59,763 nt of DNA, filler included, from 4 parts of 4 records of this genome joined end to end with filler, not necessarily neighbours in it, one strand, 5' to 3'; positions 10,051 through 19,456 are shown, counted from the first letter of the whole stretch. Notes: a model not told the origin generated them from the letters alone. Numbers and translations are program-made.

Positions 10051-11196
10051 ATGACTAAACGCAGCCCTGTTTTCCTTCTCGCCGGAGTGGCCTTCCTCAT
10101 TGTTGTGGGAATGGTCATGCTTATGAGCACGAGTATCTTCAGTGCCGACGCGAGCGAGACGGATGCGTATCGCGAAGTGAAAAAGCAGGTGTTGTGGTTG
10201 ATTTTAGGATGCGGTGTTTGCTGGGCGTTGGCCTCGATCGATTACCGTTTCTTTCAAAAGCATGTGTGGTGGTTCTACGGTGCCACGCTGCTGTTGTTGG
10301 CGTTTTGTTACATTCCCGGAATCGGCACGACGGTGAACAATGAGAACCGCTGGATTAAAATAGGGGGCGCACAGATGCAGCCTTCTGAAATTGCTAAGAT
10401 CATGCTCGCGGTGATTCTAGCGCATTGGTTTTCGATGCATCCCGACAGCGGAAATAAGTTTTTGCGCGGCTTTGTTTTTCCAATGGGGATTGCCGGCGTG
10501 ATGATTGCCCTGGTCCTGTTCGAGGTTGATATGGGAACCACAGCGGTCCTGTCCGCGAGTTGTTTTGTGATTCTTTTTGTCGCCGGGGTGAACTGGAAAT
10601 GGTTGACCGGGTTGGTGGCGATGGGTGTCACTGGTTTTTGGGGAATGCTAAAATACGCCCCGGACCGTATGGAGCGGATCACGGCTTTCCTCGATCCTGA
10701 AAAACACCGTTTCGGTGACGCGTGGCAGCAGTGGATTTCATTGTTGGCGCTCGGGTCAGGTGGTCTCGAAGGTCGCGGAATCGGCGAAGGGCGATTGAAA
10801 ATGCTCTACATGCCGTTTGCCCACACCGATTTTATTTTCCCTATGATCGGCGAAGAACTCGGACTCATTTGCACTTTGTTGGTCGTGCTTGCGTTCGTTC
10901 TTATCGCTGTATCAGGAATCGCGATTTCATTTCATGCTCCCGATCGTTTCGGCATGTTGTTGGGACTCGGAGTAACTTGCTTCATCGTGTTTCAGGCCTG
11001 CTTGAACATAGGGGTTACCACCGCAGTGCTTCCAAACACAGGGTTGCCGCTACCGTTTGTCAGTTACGGTGGTTCGGCGCTATTGGCCGCGATGGCGGCG
11101 ATAGGAATTTTGCTGAACATTTTTCGCCAGGGTAAACAGCGAGAACGCCTTGGAGAAGACTGGGTCAAGGGAACTCGGATTACGCCTCGTCTCTGA
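10051..11196 (+). CDS. ftsW: SEDS peptidoglycan glycosyltransferase FtsW
   Basis: RWIKIG..MQPSEIAK, PFAHTDFIFPMIGEELG, GLPLPFVSYGGS; dcw context. Confidence 0.95.
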   Translation: MTKRSPVFLLAGVAFLIVVGMVMLMSTSIFSADASETDAYREVKKQVLWLILGCGVCWALASIDYRFFQKHVWWFYGATLLLLAFCYIPGIGTTVNNENRWIKIGGAQMQPSEIAKIMLAVILAHWFSMHPDSGNKFLRGFVFPMGIAGVMIALVLFEVDMGTTAVLSASCFVILFVAGVNWKWLTGLVAMGVTGFWGMLKYAPDRMERITAFLDPEKHRFGDAWQQWISLLALGSGGLEGRGIGEGRLKMLYMPFAHTDFIFPMIGEELGLICTLLVVLAFVLIAVSGIAISFHAPDRFGMLLGLGVTCFIVFQACLNIGVTTAVLPNTGLPLPFVSYGGSALLAAMAAIGILLNIFRQGKQRERLGEDWVKGTRITPRL

Positions 11197-11246
11197 CTGG
11201 GCTGATTTACATTGATCACGCGTTCGTTTTCCGATAAAACGGGTGC

Positions 11247-12296
11247 ATGAATCCAACCTTTCGTCTTCGATTTCTCGCCACGGCTCTAGCTGTGGTGGCC
11301 TCGCTTTACACTCTTGAAGTTGCCAATGCTGGTGAGAGTGCCTTCTCCGATTTCATAAAGATCGTTGAGCTTCGCGATGCCAAAGACAATGCGGGCGTGG
11401 TTGCTGCCTGCCAAAAATATTCAGAAGCACATCCCGATTCTGACGGTGCCGCTCATGTTCTCTTCTTTGGGGGAAAGGCCGCGTTTGATCTTAAAAAATA
11501 CGATGCAGTGATCGACTTGACATCTTCGCTGATAGAAGGCCACGAGGGTTTTTGTTTGATGACGGAGACCCGAATGCTTCGCGGCGAGGCTCATCGAATG
11601 AAAGAGCAGTGGGCTGAGGCAATTCCCGATTTTCAGGCAGCCTATGACGGCTTTACTGCAGTTGAAAACGAAGAAGCCCCTCACGCACTTTACCATATCG
11701 TTCAGGGGCAGAAGGAGACGGATGAGGCGGATGCGGCAAAGAAAAGCTACGACCTCTTGGCCGAAAAGTTTGGAGGCAGTAAATACGTTGCCAGTGCGGC
11801 GAAAGTTGTAGGAGCAACTCCGCCCATGGCCAAAAAGGCTCCCAAGAAAGAAGTGGCGCTCCAAAAGGGAGATCAAGCACCTGACATTGAGTTTTTTCAG
11901 CTATCAGACAATACAGGGAAAAAACTCTCCGATTTCAAAGGGCAAGTGGTTGTGATCGATTTTTGGGCATCTTGGTGTGGCCCGTGTCAAGCTCCGATGG
12001 CCAAAATGCAGGGTTATAGCGAGAGGCATCCGGAATGGGCGGAGAAAGTAAAATTTGTTGCCTTGAGCATCGACAACGAAGCTAAGACGGCATCTGACCA
12101 CCTGGCGAAAAAGGGTTGGGACAAGACTTATAATGTTTGGGGTGGGGAAGGCGGCTTTAAGTCGGCACCTCCTGTCGCCTACAAAGTGCGCGGAATTCCC
12201 ACTGCTGCTATCATTGATCAAGAGGGGAAAATCGCTGCCTACGGCCATCCTGCCTCGATGGATATTTCAGAAGTCGTTGCTGGACTTCTAAAGTAA
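11247..12296 (+). CDS. Exported TPR-like repeat / TlpA-family thiol-disulfide oxidoreductase
   Basis: Signal peptide, helical TPR-like N-domain, C-terminal APD..LSDFKGQVVVIDFWASWCGPC...VRGIPT.IID.EG. Confidence 0.85.
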   Translation: MNPTFRLRFLATALAVVASLYTLEVANAGESAFSDFIKIVELRDAKDNAGVVAACQKYSEAHPDSDGAAHVLFFGGKAAFDLKKYDAVIDLTSSLIEGHEGFCLMTETRMLRGEAHRMKEQWAEAIPDFQAAYDGFTAVENEEAPHALYHIVQGQKETDEADAAKKSYDLLAEKFGGSKYVASAAKVVGATPPMAKKAPKKEVALQKGDQAPDIEFFQLSDNTGKKLSDFKGQVVVIDFWASWCGPCQAPMAKMQGYSERHPEWAEKVKFVALSIDNEAKTASDHLAKKGWDKTYNVWGGEGGFKSAPPVAYKVRGIPTAAIIDQEGKIAAYGHPASMDISEVVAGLLK

Positions 12297-12303
12297 GAAA
12301 TTA

Positions 12304-12346
12304 CGAAGCAACAGGGTTGGTTTGATGAATCAACCCTGTTGGATCG
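12304..12346. repeat. 43-nt REP-like palindrome / hairpin
   Basis: CAACAGGGTTG (12309-12319) and CAACCCTGTTG (12331-12341) are a perfect inverted pair; homologous to 18828-18870. Confidence 0.75.
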
Positions 12347-12512
12347 AAAAATGGCAAAAAAATAATTCACAATGTATTTACAAATATGTTGCATTGTAAC
12401 GTCATCAGACATTTGAGACGAGAGTATTGCTTTAAGCGTTCCCACCCATCAGAACGGAACATAAATTCGTGAGAGTCTTGGAAGCTTGGTGCCCCCTCCC
12501 TCCCATCATTCG

Positions 12513-13169
12513 ATGATCATAAACAGCAACGGTCGATATCTGCGAAACGCCTTCTCTCTCTTTGAGATACTGACGGTGCTTGCGGTGATCGGCTTGCTGA
12601 TCGCCCTCTCTACGGTGGCGCTTTCGAGCTTATCGTCGACTGGCCTATCTACCTCGACTCGGCAAGTGGCGGATTTCATGAATTTGTGCCGAAGTCGGGC
12701 GATCGCTGAGCATACGGTGGTTCGATTCGGCGTGGTGGTCCCACCTGTGACTGGCGACCCAGATGCGGCCTACCGAGCCTACAGTTCCTGGAGTTGGAAT
12801 AAAATTAACCGGCAATTTGAGCAAAGTTCTAAGTGGCATCAGGTGACTTCTGATATTGTTTTCGCAACTGAAACAAGTGCCCTGATTCGTCAGTCAGAAT
12901 ACGCTCACTTTGATGCGGCATCGGTTCGCGGTGATCATTTTGTGGATCTCGTTCCCGGCAAAAAATTTCTTGTTGATTCGCCAAACGGTGAAGTTGAAGT
13001 GCGTTTCTTTGAATATACAGCAGCGGGCCGGGCGAGAGTTCCGAATGGTGAAGAGCGAAATATCATTGCTGTGTTGAAGCCTGGAAATCGGGGCGTAAAC
13101 GATACGCCGAACTGGGCTCAGATCAATGTTGATCGACTAACAGGGAGGGTCCGGGTCTACCGTCCATGA
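12513..13169 (+). CDS. Prepilin-type N-methylation protein, Verru_Chthon cassette protein D (FimT/GspH-like)
   Basis: AFSLFE + hydrophobic helix, RSRAIAEH..VR, C-terminal NWAQINVDRLTGRVRVYRP. ORF is open from TTG 12486; ATG 12513 preferred. Confidence 0.8.
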   Translation: MIINSNGRYLRNAFSLFEILTVLAVIGLLIALSTVALSSLSSTGLSTSTRQVADFMNLCRSRAIAEHTVVRFGVVVPPVTGDPDAAYRAYSSWSWNKINRQFEQSSKWHQVTSDIVFATETSALIRQSEYAHFDAASVRGDHFVDLVPGKKFLVDSPNGEVEVRFFEYTAAGRARVPNGEERNIIAVLKPGNRGVNDTPNWAQINVDRLTGRVRVYRP

Positions 13170-13690
13170 AAACCAATCGCAACGCTCCTGCGGCTCGAGC
13201 TTTCTCTTTGATTGAGGTCACGATCGCCATGGCTATTGCAGCGGTGGCATTAATTTTGATTGTTGGGCTGTTGCCGCCGGCGCTCACTTCGGCAAGAGAC
13301 AGCGCGGATCAGACTGCAATCGGAACGGTGTTGGAAGATGTGCATGATCGATTGGAAGGCTCGCCATTGAAGGTGGGAGTTCCTGATATCAGTCCGCTTT
13401 TTTATGATCAGCAGGGCCGCTTTGTTTCCGACGATCATACGGACACATTGGAGTCGCGCCGTTTTTTCAAAGTCGAGCTGGAACTGGCGGAATTTTCCGA
13501 AGCGGCGAAGATTGAAAATATTAACGGAATGCTAGGGCTGTCTGTCGAGGTCTATTGGCCGCTCAATGAGAGCCGCGATCCGATTGGTTCATCGAGGCCG
13601 AAAACAACGATTAGCTATCCGGTTACTACTTTTACCGGCCCTGACTGGCAGTTGATCGAACCTGAATTTGTTCCGAAAATCGAATTTTAG
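13166..13690 (+). CDS. Prepilin-type protein, Verru_Chthon cassette protein B (PilV/GspI-like)
   Basis: RAFSLIEVTIAMAIAAVALILIVGLLP, FYDQQG motif; ATGA overlap with the previous gene. Confidence 0.8.
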   Translation: MKTNRNAPAARAFSLIEVTIAMAIAAVALILIVGLLPPALTSARDSADQTAIGTVLEDVHDRLEGSPLKVGVPDISPLFYDQQGRFVSDDHTDTLESRRFFKVELELAEFSEAAKIENINGMLGLSVEVYWPLNESRDPIGSSRPKTTISYPVTTFTGPDWQLIEPEFVPKIEF

Positions 13691-13699
13691 AAACTACCC

Positions 13700-14704
13700 T
13701 TGATTACAAGATCACAACTTTCCAGGCAAGTTGAACGCGCGTTTTCGCTTATCGAATTGCTAGTAGCGATGGCGATCACGACGGTCGTGATGGTGTTGCT
13801 GTTTGGGGCGCTCGAAGTGGTATCGAGTGCTTGGATTGATGGTGAGCGCCGAATTGATACGCATCAACGTGCTCGGGGTGCGTTGGAGTTGGTCGCCCGG
13901 GAACTGACTCCGGCAGTGGTTGATACCAGAATGCAATTTGTGATGTTGCCGAGTTATTTGCTGGCTGATGTTGGCGCGACCCATGTGGTGCCGAACTCTC
14001 CGGCGATGCTGTGGATGGCGCCGATCGGAACGAACGGTGAATTGCGTTGTGTGGGGTATTACCTTTACCGGGACACTGAGCGGAAATTCTATCGTCTCAA
14101 ACGTATTTTTATAAAGCCGGACAACGACCTGTATTTTCCGAAGCTGACGAATTACGACAATGCGCGTGATGTTGAAATGCGGACGGATCCGACTTCCGCA
14201 AGATGGTTTCTCGATCGCTGGGATCCACAGGCGTTCGACGAAGAGGATCCGGATAATTACGAAGCGATTGTTTCATCTGCGGCCGACGGGATTATTGCCT
14301 TTTGGGTTCAAGCATATGATCTTCTTGGTAATCCGATTCCCTGGGTGTCCGAATCTGTAAATCATCCGAGTTCAGATCTGATCTACAATTCGGCAGCCTA
14401 TTTTCAAATGGCGACGACGACCCCATTCGATAATGGCGAGTCGTTCGCTTACCTCTCAGAATCGCCCATGGTGATGAAGGGAAATAAAGTTCCGGCGGAA
14501 ATCGAAATTTCGGTGGTGACAATTGATCGGACGACAATGGCGCGCGATCCCGAGATTCCTGAGATGCAGTTGATTCTTCGGGCCGACGGATCTCTCGACG
14601 TAGATGAATCGGTCGATCTGTTTTTGGAAGAGTTGAAAGCCAACGGTATCAACCGTTCGAAGGTTTTCTCGACACGAGTCAAATTGGTGAATGGGGCGGG
14701 ATAA
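13700..14704 (+). CDS. Prepilin-type protein, Verru_Chthon cassette protein C (PilW/GspJ-like)
   Basis: RAFSLIELLVAMAI, ARGALELVAREL, VGYY, VPAEIEISVVTID, FSTRVKL. Confidence 0.8.
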   Translation: MITRSQLSRQVERAFSLIELLVAMAITTVVMVLLFGALEVVSSAWIDGERRIDTHQRARGALELVARELTPAVVDTRMQFVMLPSYLLADVGATHVVPNSPAMLWMAPIGTNGELRCVGYYLYRDTERKFYRLKRIFIKPDNDLYFPKLTNYDNARDVEMRTDPTSARWFLDRWDPQAFDEEDPDNYEAIVSSAADGIIAFWVQAYDLLGNPIPWVSESVNHPSSDLIYNSAAYFQMATTTPFDNGESFAYLSESPMVMKGNKVPAEIEISVVTIDRTTMARDPEIPEMQLILRADGSLDVDESVDLFLEELKANGINRSKVFSTRVKLVNGAG

Positions 14705-14713
14705 AAAAGGGGT

Positions 14714-17700
14714 ATGAAAATAATTCGTCAGGGATTGAAACAACAACCATATACCTCGAATCGAGGTGCGGCGCTGGTCATGACATTGATCATTGTTGCG
14801 ATGATGACGATCCTGGCCGTTGCTTTTTTGGTGAGCATGCAAGTCGAGCAGCGAGCGTCTCACGCTTATGCAAACACCCAGCGAGCGAAAATGATTGCGC
14901 AGGGTTCGGTTAGTCATGCCGTCGAACTGCTTCGCTCCAACATTCCTGAACCGGCTCAAATCGGGGAAAATGCCGAAACAGCTCCCGGTGAAAACTGGGT
15001 GAGTAATCCGGGCCAGCTAACAATTTTTACTAAATCCGGTGAGAAAAAAGTTCCGCTCCATACCGGCGAAGTGGATCGGGATCCGAAAAGCACGACGGAT
15101 CCCAATGTGTATTCAGTCGATTTAAACGAGCCGCTTCCCGGGGAAGAAGAGCCGATGATCGCGATGGCGCTGAACGATGAGGGGGCTCCGGACTACGGAC
15201 AAGAGAATCCCGAGATGCGAGTCAAATGGGCGCCGATTTTTCGAAAGCCGGGCGAAAAACCGGGAGCCGAAAACCCTTTGATCGGGCGATATGCATTTTG
15301 GATGGATGACGAAAGCTCCAAACTTAATTTCAACGCCACTCTGGGAAAGCCTTCACCGACAGAAGATGATCCAGAGCAATTTCACAAACAATACAAAATG
15401 GGGTTGATGACACCATTGTTTCGTCGGGGTGCCGGTGATGTTGAATTCAATCAGTCGAGTGGCGATCGTGAGTGGGCGCTCGGAAAACTCCGTTCCGTCA
15501 ATCTCGACGTGCTTTTCGATGATCCTAATGATCTGGATTACAATCAGCTGCTGGCCCATGCCTGGCTTCGTGGTTTTAGTCGTTACCCCGAAGCAATACT
15601 CGACTTCGTTCACGTTTCTGATCGAGACCAATGGTATGCTGGAAATAAATTCAATCTCACGTTTTACAGCCGTAGCCCTGAGTTCAATGCATTTGGCCGC
15701 CCCCGTTTATTCACGACAGACATTCCGCTCTCGCTTGAAGCAGGGCCGCTTTATCAGCTTCCGTTTGTTTATGACGACCCAAGCGCCGCCACGATCGACA
15801 AACTAGAAGATGGAACCCTTCACCTTCACTCATTGCTGGGCAGTTTAGGATTTACTCATACAATTGATGACGATGTTGATGGCAGGGTCAATGCTGCAAA
15901 TATTGTCAATCGAGCTCAACTTGAAATGCTCATGCGGTATTTTCGGCGTGAATGGCCGGGTTACGATGGGGCGTCTCTCGTTCAAAAATATGGTGAACTC
16001 GAGGCTTACCAAATGGCGTTGAACATGCTGTTGATGTCTCGAATGGCGACGACAACGATGAACAACAGCCTCAATATCGGTTCTCGAGATTGGGCGTGGC
16101 GGACAACGAGCGTGAACTACTCGCCTCACTCCGAGGAGAGGAAAGGATCGAATCCCGAGCGGTTTTATTGGCAGATAGAACCTGAAAGCCAGCCCGGTAA
16201 AAAAGTGCCGATGCTTCCACAAACACCCGGTCCGCACATCATGGAAGTGAGGATGATTTTCAAAGCAGTTCAAGGAAACAACCCTACAAAATTCGGAATT
16301 CAATACCGCCACGAAACCGAAGTCTACATGAACCCGGGTGGCCCCGTTTTGGAACTCTGGCGATTTCCCACTAAAGTCGATTACTTCCACATCAAGGCTA
16401 AAGGAGGCGGAACTGAGGCCGAGCAACGGTTCGGACCAATTTCTCCTGATGCACCCGATGCAGAAACAAATCCAAGTCGGAATTGGAATCATGGTTATAC
16501 TCTGGGGCGTTTGCGAGCGACTGCTCCTCGTCCAATTAATATCGGTCCACGTGGAGGACGCCAAAATTCGCGTAATCGAATCGTGGTTACGTCACAGACC
16601 CGCGCAATTGGCAATGGGCATTCGTGGGTGCCGGCAAGTGGTGGTGTTGAATTCGACCGAAAAAAGGGGAGCAAAGTCAAAATTGATCTCAAATGGAGAC
16701 TTGGAATGGGAGTGAACCCTGGTTGGGACCGCCCCCGCCAAATGATTCCTCTTGGGGAGGAAGAAGTCGATACGCTGGATGCCAGTATTGATCTCGATCT
16801 TCGCCCTGGTGAAGAGTATTCGATTTCGTGGCAAATCATCGACCCGCGTCTTAGTTGGAGCAGGGATCAATGGGTCAAAGAGGAGGCCGAAGACGGAACA
16901 GCTGGGACTCCGGGGCAACTGAACACAGGTGAGCCGGGGGAATTTTCGTCAGAGAAAAGCAAGTTTCGATACATCCAACGTGGTCCTGGCAGCATCACTG
17001 ATCCTGCGAATCCGGGAAAAGGAAGAGCATTTGGAATCAATCGTCCAGATGAATACAATTCGCGCTCACGGGTCTCATCAATTGGTTATTGGTCGACCAT
17101 TCATACAGGAATCCAGAACCTTGCCCCCTATCGAACCATGAATTTGGGAGGTGGTGTAACCCCCGATACCCAATCGCCTCCGGACTATGTCATGCTCGAT
17201 TTGCTTGGCGCCACTTACCCGATGCAACACGACCAGTGGCGTATCAACTCGACCTTGCCGGATGAATTTTCCACCATTTCCTTCATGCACAGTACGGCAG
17301 GTCAAATCAACGTGAACTCCAAAATTTACCCTGTGAATAACTACTTTGATGCGCCGGTGCGCAAGAAACCCCTTGAAGCGGTTTTCAAACATCTGAGAAG
17401 CGATTCTGAAATCCGGGATTTCGTAAACGATATCGTCGATAAACAAGAGTCAGGACCCTTTCAATACATCGGCGAAATCGGAACCGTGGCGAGTGCAAAT
17501 CTTAAGGGGACTGATGCGACCGAGTTCTTCAACGAGGCTCCGCTTCGGAATATGGCGGGGTGTCTCACCACAAAGTCGAACTGCTTTAGCGTTTGGGGTG
17601 TTTCCCAAGTGATCAAAAAAATTCCGGGACATACCGAATGGGGAGAATTTGAAGACGGCGACACTGTGCTGGCTGAAAAGCGATATCACGCCATCGTCGA

Positions 17701-18064
17701 GCGTTATATTTGGCCCGGGAAAGATGGCATTCCGGGAAATGGCCATTTCAATAGCCAGGGAATCTGGGATAAGCTGGCTATCCAGCGAGCCGTTATTCCA
17801 AAAAACGGAAGCAACACGGATACCCTGTTTCAGCTTCCCGGTTCACCACCTCTTTTTAAAGCAGGGGAAAATCTACGGCTGCGACTTGACCTTAAAGGCA
17901 CTTATCCCGTATTTGATGGTCCTCAGGAAGTCCTCATGGGCAGATATACCCGACACGCGTTGGGAAATGTGGCATGGGAACGGTCCACTCTTGAAAATGC
18001 AATGAATCCACCTCAGCCTGTCATCAAGTACCGTGTCGTCTATTTTAAATACCTCGATGAATAA
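14714..18064 (+). CDS. Large PilX/GspK-like protein, Verru_Chthon cassette protein A
   Basis: RGAALVMTL..TILAVAFL (no Glu at +5), GRYAFWMDDESSKLNFN, STAGQINVN, LTTKSN.FSVW, IVERYI, YRVV at the C-terminus; 1116 aa. Confidence 0.82.
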   Translation: MKIIRQGLKQQPYTSNRGAALVMTLIIVAMMTILAVAFLVSMQVEQRASHAYANTQRAKMIAQGSVSHAVELLRSNIPEPAQIGENAETAPGENWVSNPGQLTIFTKSGEKKVPLHTGEVDRDPKSTTDPNVYSVDLNEPLPGEEEPMIAMALNDEGAPDYGQENPEMRVKWAPIFRKPGEKPGAENPLIGRYAFWMDDESSKLNFNATLGKPSPTEDDPEQFHKQYKMGLMTPLFRRGAGDVEFNQSSGDREWALGKLRSVNLDVLFDDPNDLDYNQLLAHAWLRGFSRYPEAILDFVHVSDRDQWYAGNKFNLTFYSRSPEFNAFGRPRLFTTDIPLSLEAGPLYQLPFVYDDPSAATIDKLEDGTLHLHSLLGSLGFTHTIDDDVDGRVNAANIVNRAQLEMLMRYFRREWPGYDGASLVQKYGELEAYQMALNMLLMSRMATTTMNNSLNIGSRDWAWRTTSVNYSPHSEERKGSNPERFYWQIEPESQPGKKVPMLPQTPGPHIMEVRMIFKAVQGNNPTKFGIQYRHETEVYMNPGGPVLELWRFPTKVDYFHIKAKGGGTEAEQRFGPISPDAPDAETNPSRNWNHGYTLGRLRATAPRPINIGPRGGRQNSRNRIVVTSQTRAIGNGHSWVPASGGVEFDRKKGSKVKIDLKWRLGMGVNPGWDRPRQMIPLGEEEVDTLDASIDLDLRPGEEYSISWQIIDPRLSWSRDQWVKEEAEDGTAGTPGQLNTGEPGEFSSEKSKFRYIQRGPGSITDPANPGKGRAFGINRPDEYNSRSRVSSIGYWSTIHTGIQNLAPYRTMNLGGGVTPDTQSPPDYVMLDLLGATYPMQHDQWRINSTLPDEFSTISFMHSTAGQINVNSKIYPVNNYFDAPVRKKPLEAVFKHLRSDSEIRDFVNDIVDKQESGPFQYIGEIGTVASANLKGTDATEFFNEAPLRNMAGCLTTKSNCFSVWGVSQVIKKIPGHTEWGEFEDGDTVLAEKRYHAIVERYIWPGKDGIPGNGHFNSQGIWDKLAIQRAVIPKNGSNTDTLFQLPGSPPLFKAGENLRLRLDLKGTYPVFDGPQEVLMGRYTRHALGNVAWERSTLENAMNPPQPVIKYRVVYFKYLDE

Positions 18065-18815
18065 AATTGTTAGCGCTGTTCTCATGTTCACTCTGGTGAT
18101 GTCCCAAGTTCGCGCTCAGGACGAAACGGAAAAACCAGACAAACCGGAAAAAGACTCGGAGGGAATCATTCCAATTTCACCTGTGAAACTTTTTGATGCG
18201 CTTCCGGCAAATCCGAAGACATGGGAATTGAAACGGTCGATTGGAACTCGCAGCTATTCTGGGTGGGTTGAATCCCGTGTTCAGCGCATTTTCGAAAAGA
18301 AAGTCATCGATCCCAAAAAGCCGGATGAGCCCGAGAAGGTTCTTGTTACGCGTGTTACCATCACGGATACCGGAAAATTCTCTGAGGCCATTGCTGGATT
18401 TGATGACTTTAAGCCGGAAAAACACGAGGATTACGAAAAGGCGTTTATTCAAAAATACCCTGCAGTCATTGTGCCATACGAAGGTGAGGTGGAAGTGACA
18501 CTGCTTGTAAAAGGGCGTTTTAAAGTTGAGTATATTTTGGAAAATCAGCCAAAAAAGTATCTGAAGGAATGGATGCGACATACGAAATTCGATGTCCTCA
18601 CAAAGATTGCTGATACCCCAGTGACGGTCCTTCCAGCTGAGATTAATATTCTAAAAATTGACCAACTCAATCCCAAGAAAAATTCAGTCTATCTGCTCGC
18701 GACCAGCTCCAATAGTCAACAGGCAAAAGACCTTGCTGAAGAAGAAATCCTTCAGAAAAAAATCGACGGTGAAATTCCAGTGTTGCCGGGCGAACTCGAT
18801 TTCCTCTTAGAGTAG
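18057..18815 (+). CDS. Secreted hypothetical protein coupled to the cassette
   Basis: ATG 18057 overlaps the end of protein A; signal peptide MNKIVSAVLMFTLVMSQVRA-QD. Confidence 0.75.
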   Translation: MNKIVSAVLMFTLVMSQVRAQDETEKPDKPEKDSEGIIPISPVKLFDALPANPKTWELKRSIGTRSYSGWVESRVQRIFEKKVIDPKKPDEPEKVLVTRVTITDTGKFSEAIAGFDDFKPEKHEDYEKAFIQKYPAVIVPYEGEVEVTLLVKGRFKVEYILENQPKKYLKEWMRHTKFDVLTKIADTPVTVLPAEINILKIDQLNPKKNSVYLLATSSNSQQAKDLAEEEILQKKIDGEIPVLPGELDFLLE

Positions 18816-18827
18816 AAAACGGTTCCA

Positions 18828-18870
18828 CGAACGAATAGGGTATGTTCATCGAACATACCCTATTGGTTCG
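18828..18870. repeat. 43-nt REP-like palindrome / hairpin (possible terminator)
   Basis: CGAACGAATAGGGTATGTTC-ATC-GAACATACCCTATTGGTTCG, 19/20 bp stem, at the contig end. Confidence 0.8.
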
Positions 18871-18873
18871 AAA

Positions 18874-18973
18874 NNNNNNNNNNNNNNNNNNNNNNNNNNN
18901 NNNNNNNNNNNNNNNNNTTAATTAATTAANNNNNNNNNNNNNNNNNNNNNNNNNNNNNNNNNNNNNNNNNNNN
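18874..18973. other. Artificial contig spacer
   Basis: N44-TTAATTAATTAA-N44 (stop codons in all frames). Confidence 0.99.
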
Positions 18974-19446
18974 ATATTGCTCCAAATGCTGTGCTTATGC
19001 CGAGCTATATCAATATAGGGGCAAATGTTGGTGAAGGCACCATGGTAGATACCTGGGCAACCGTTGGATCTTGCGCACAAATTGGAAAAAATGTTCATTT
19101 ATCCGGCGGTGTTGGGATTGGAGGGGTTCTTGAGCCTCTGCAGGCTAACCCAACTATAATAGAAGACAACTGTTTTATTGGTGCACGCTCTGAAGTGGTT
19201 GAGGGAGTTATTGTTCGTGAAGGCTCGGTTCTTGCAATGGGAGTGTTTATCAGTCAGTCTACAAAAATATATGATAGAGCTACAAAGAAAATAAGCTATG
19301 GAGAAATACCACCTTACTCAGTTGTAGTTCCTGGCACTCTACCCTCTGCTGATAAAAGCCATTCGCTATCTTGCGCTGTAATTGTAAAAACAGTTGATGC
19401 CAAAACGCGTTCAAAAACCGGTGTAAATGAATTACTTAGAGATTAG
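18974..19446 (+). CDS. dapD: Tetrahydrodipicolinate N-succinyltransferase DapD (5' truncated by contig end)
   Basis: [63 protein letters not shown]. Confidence 0.97.
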
Positions 19447-19456
19447 CTTTAGGCAA

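Noticed and set aside
10019..18870. Palindromic repeats read as a CRISPR array
   Set aside because: Copies are kilobases apart with no regular spacers and no cas genes
18918..18929. TTAATTAATTAA palindrome recurring three times (also 28320-28331 and 41089-41100)
   Set aside because: Always centred in N44 runs; it is a synthetic all-frame stop linker, not biology
18033..19446. Apparent operon linking the pilin-like cassette to dapD
   Set aside because: Separated by an artificial spacer and derived from different organisms
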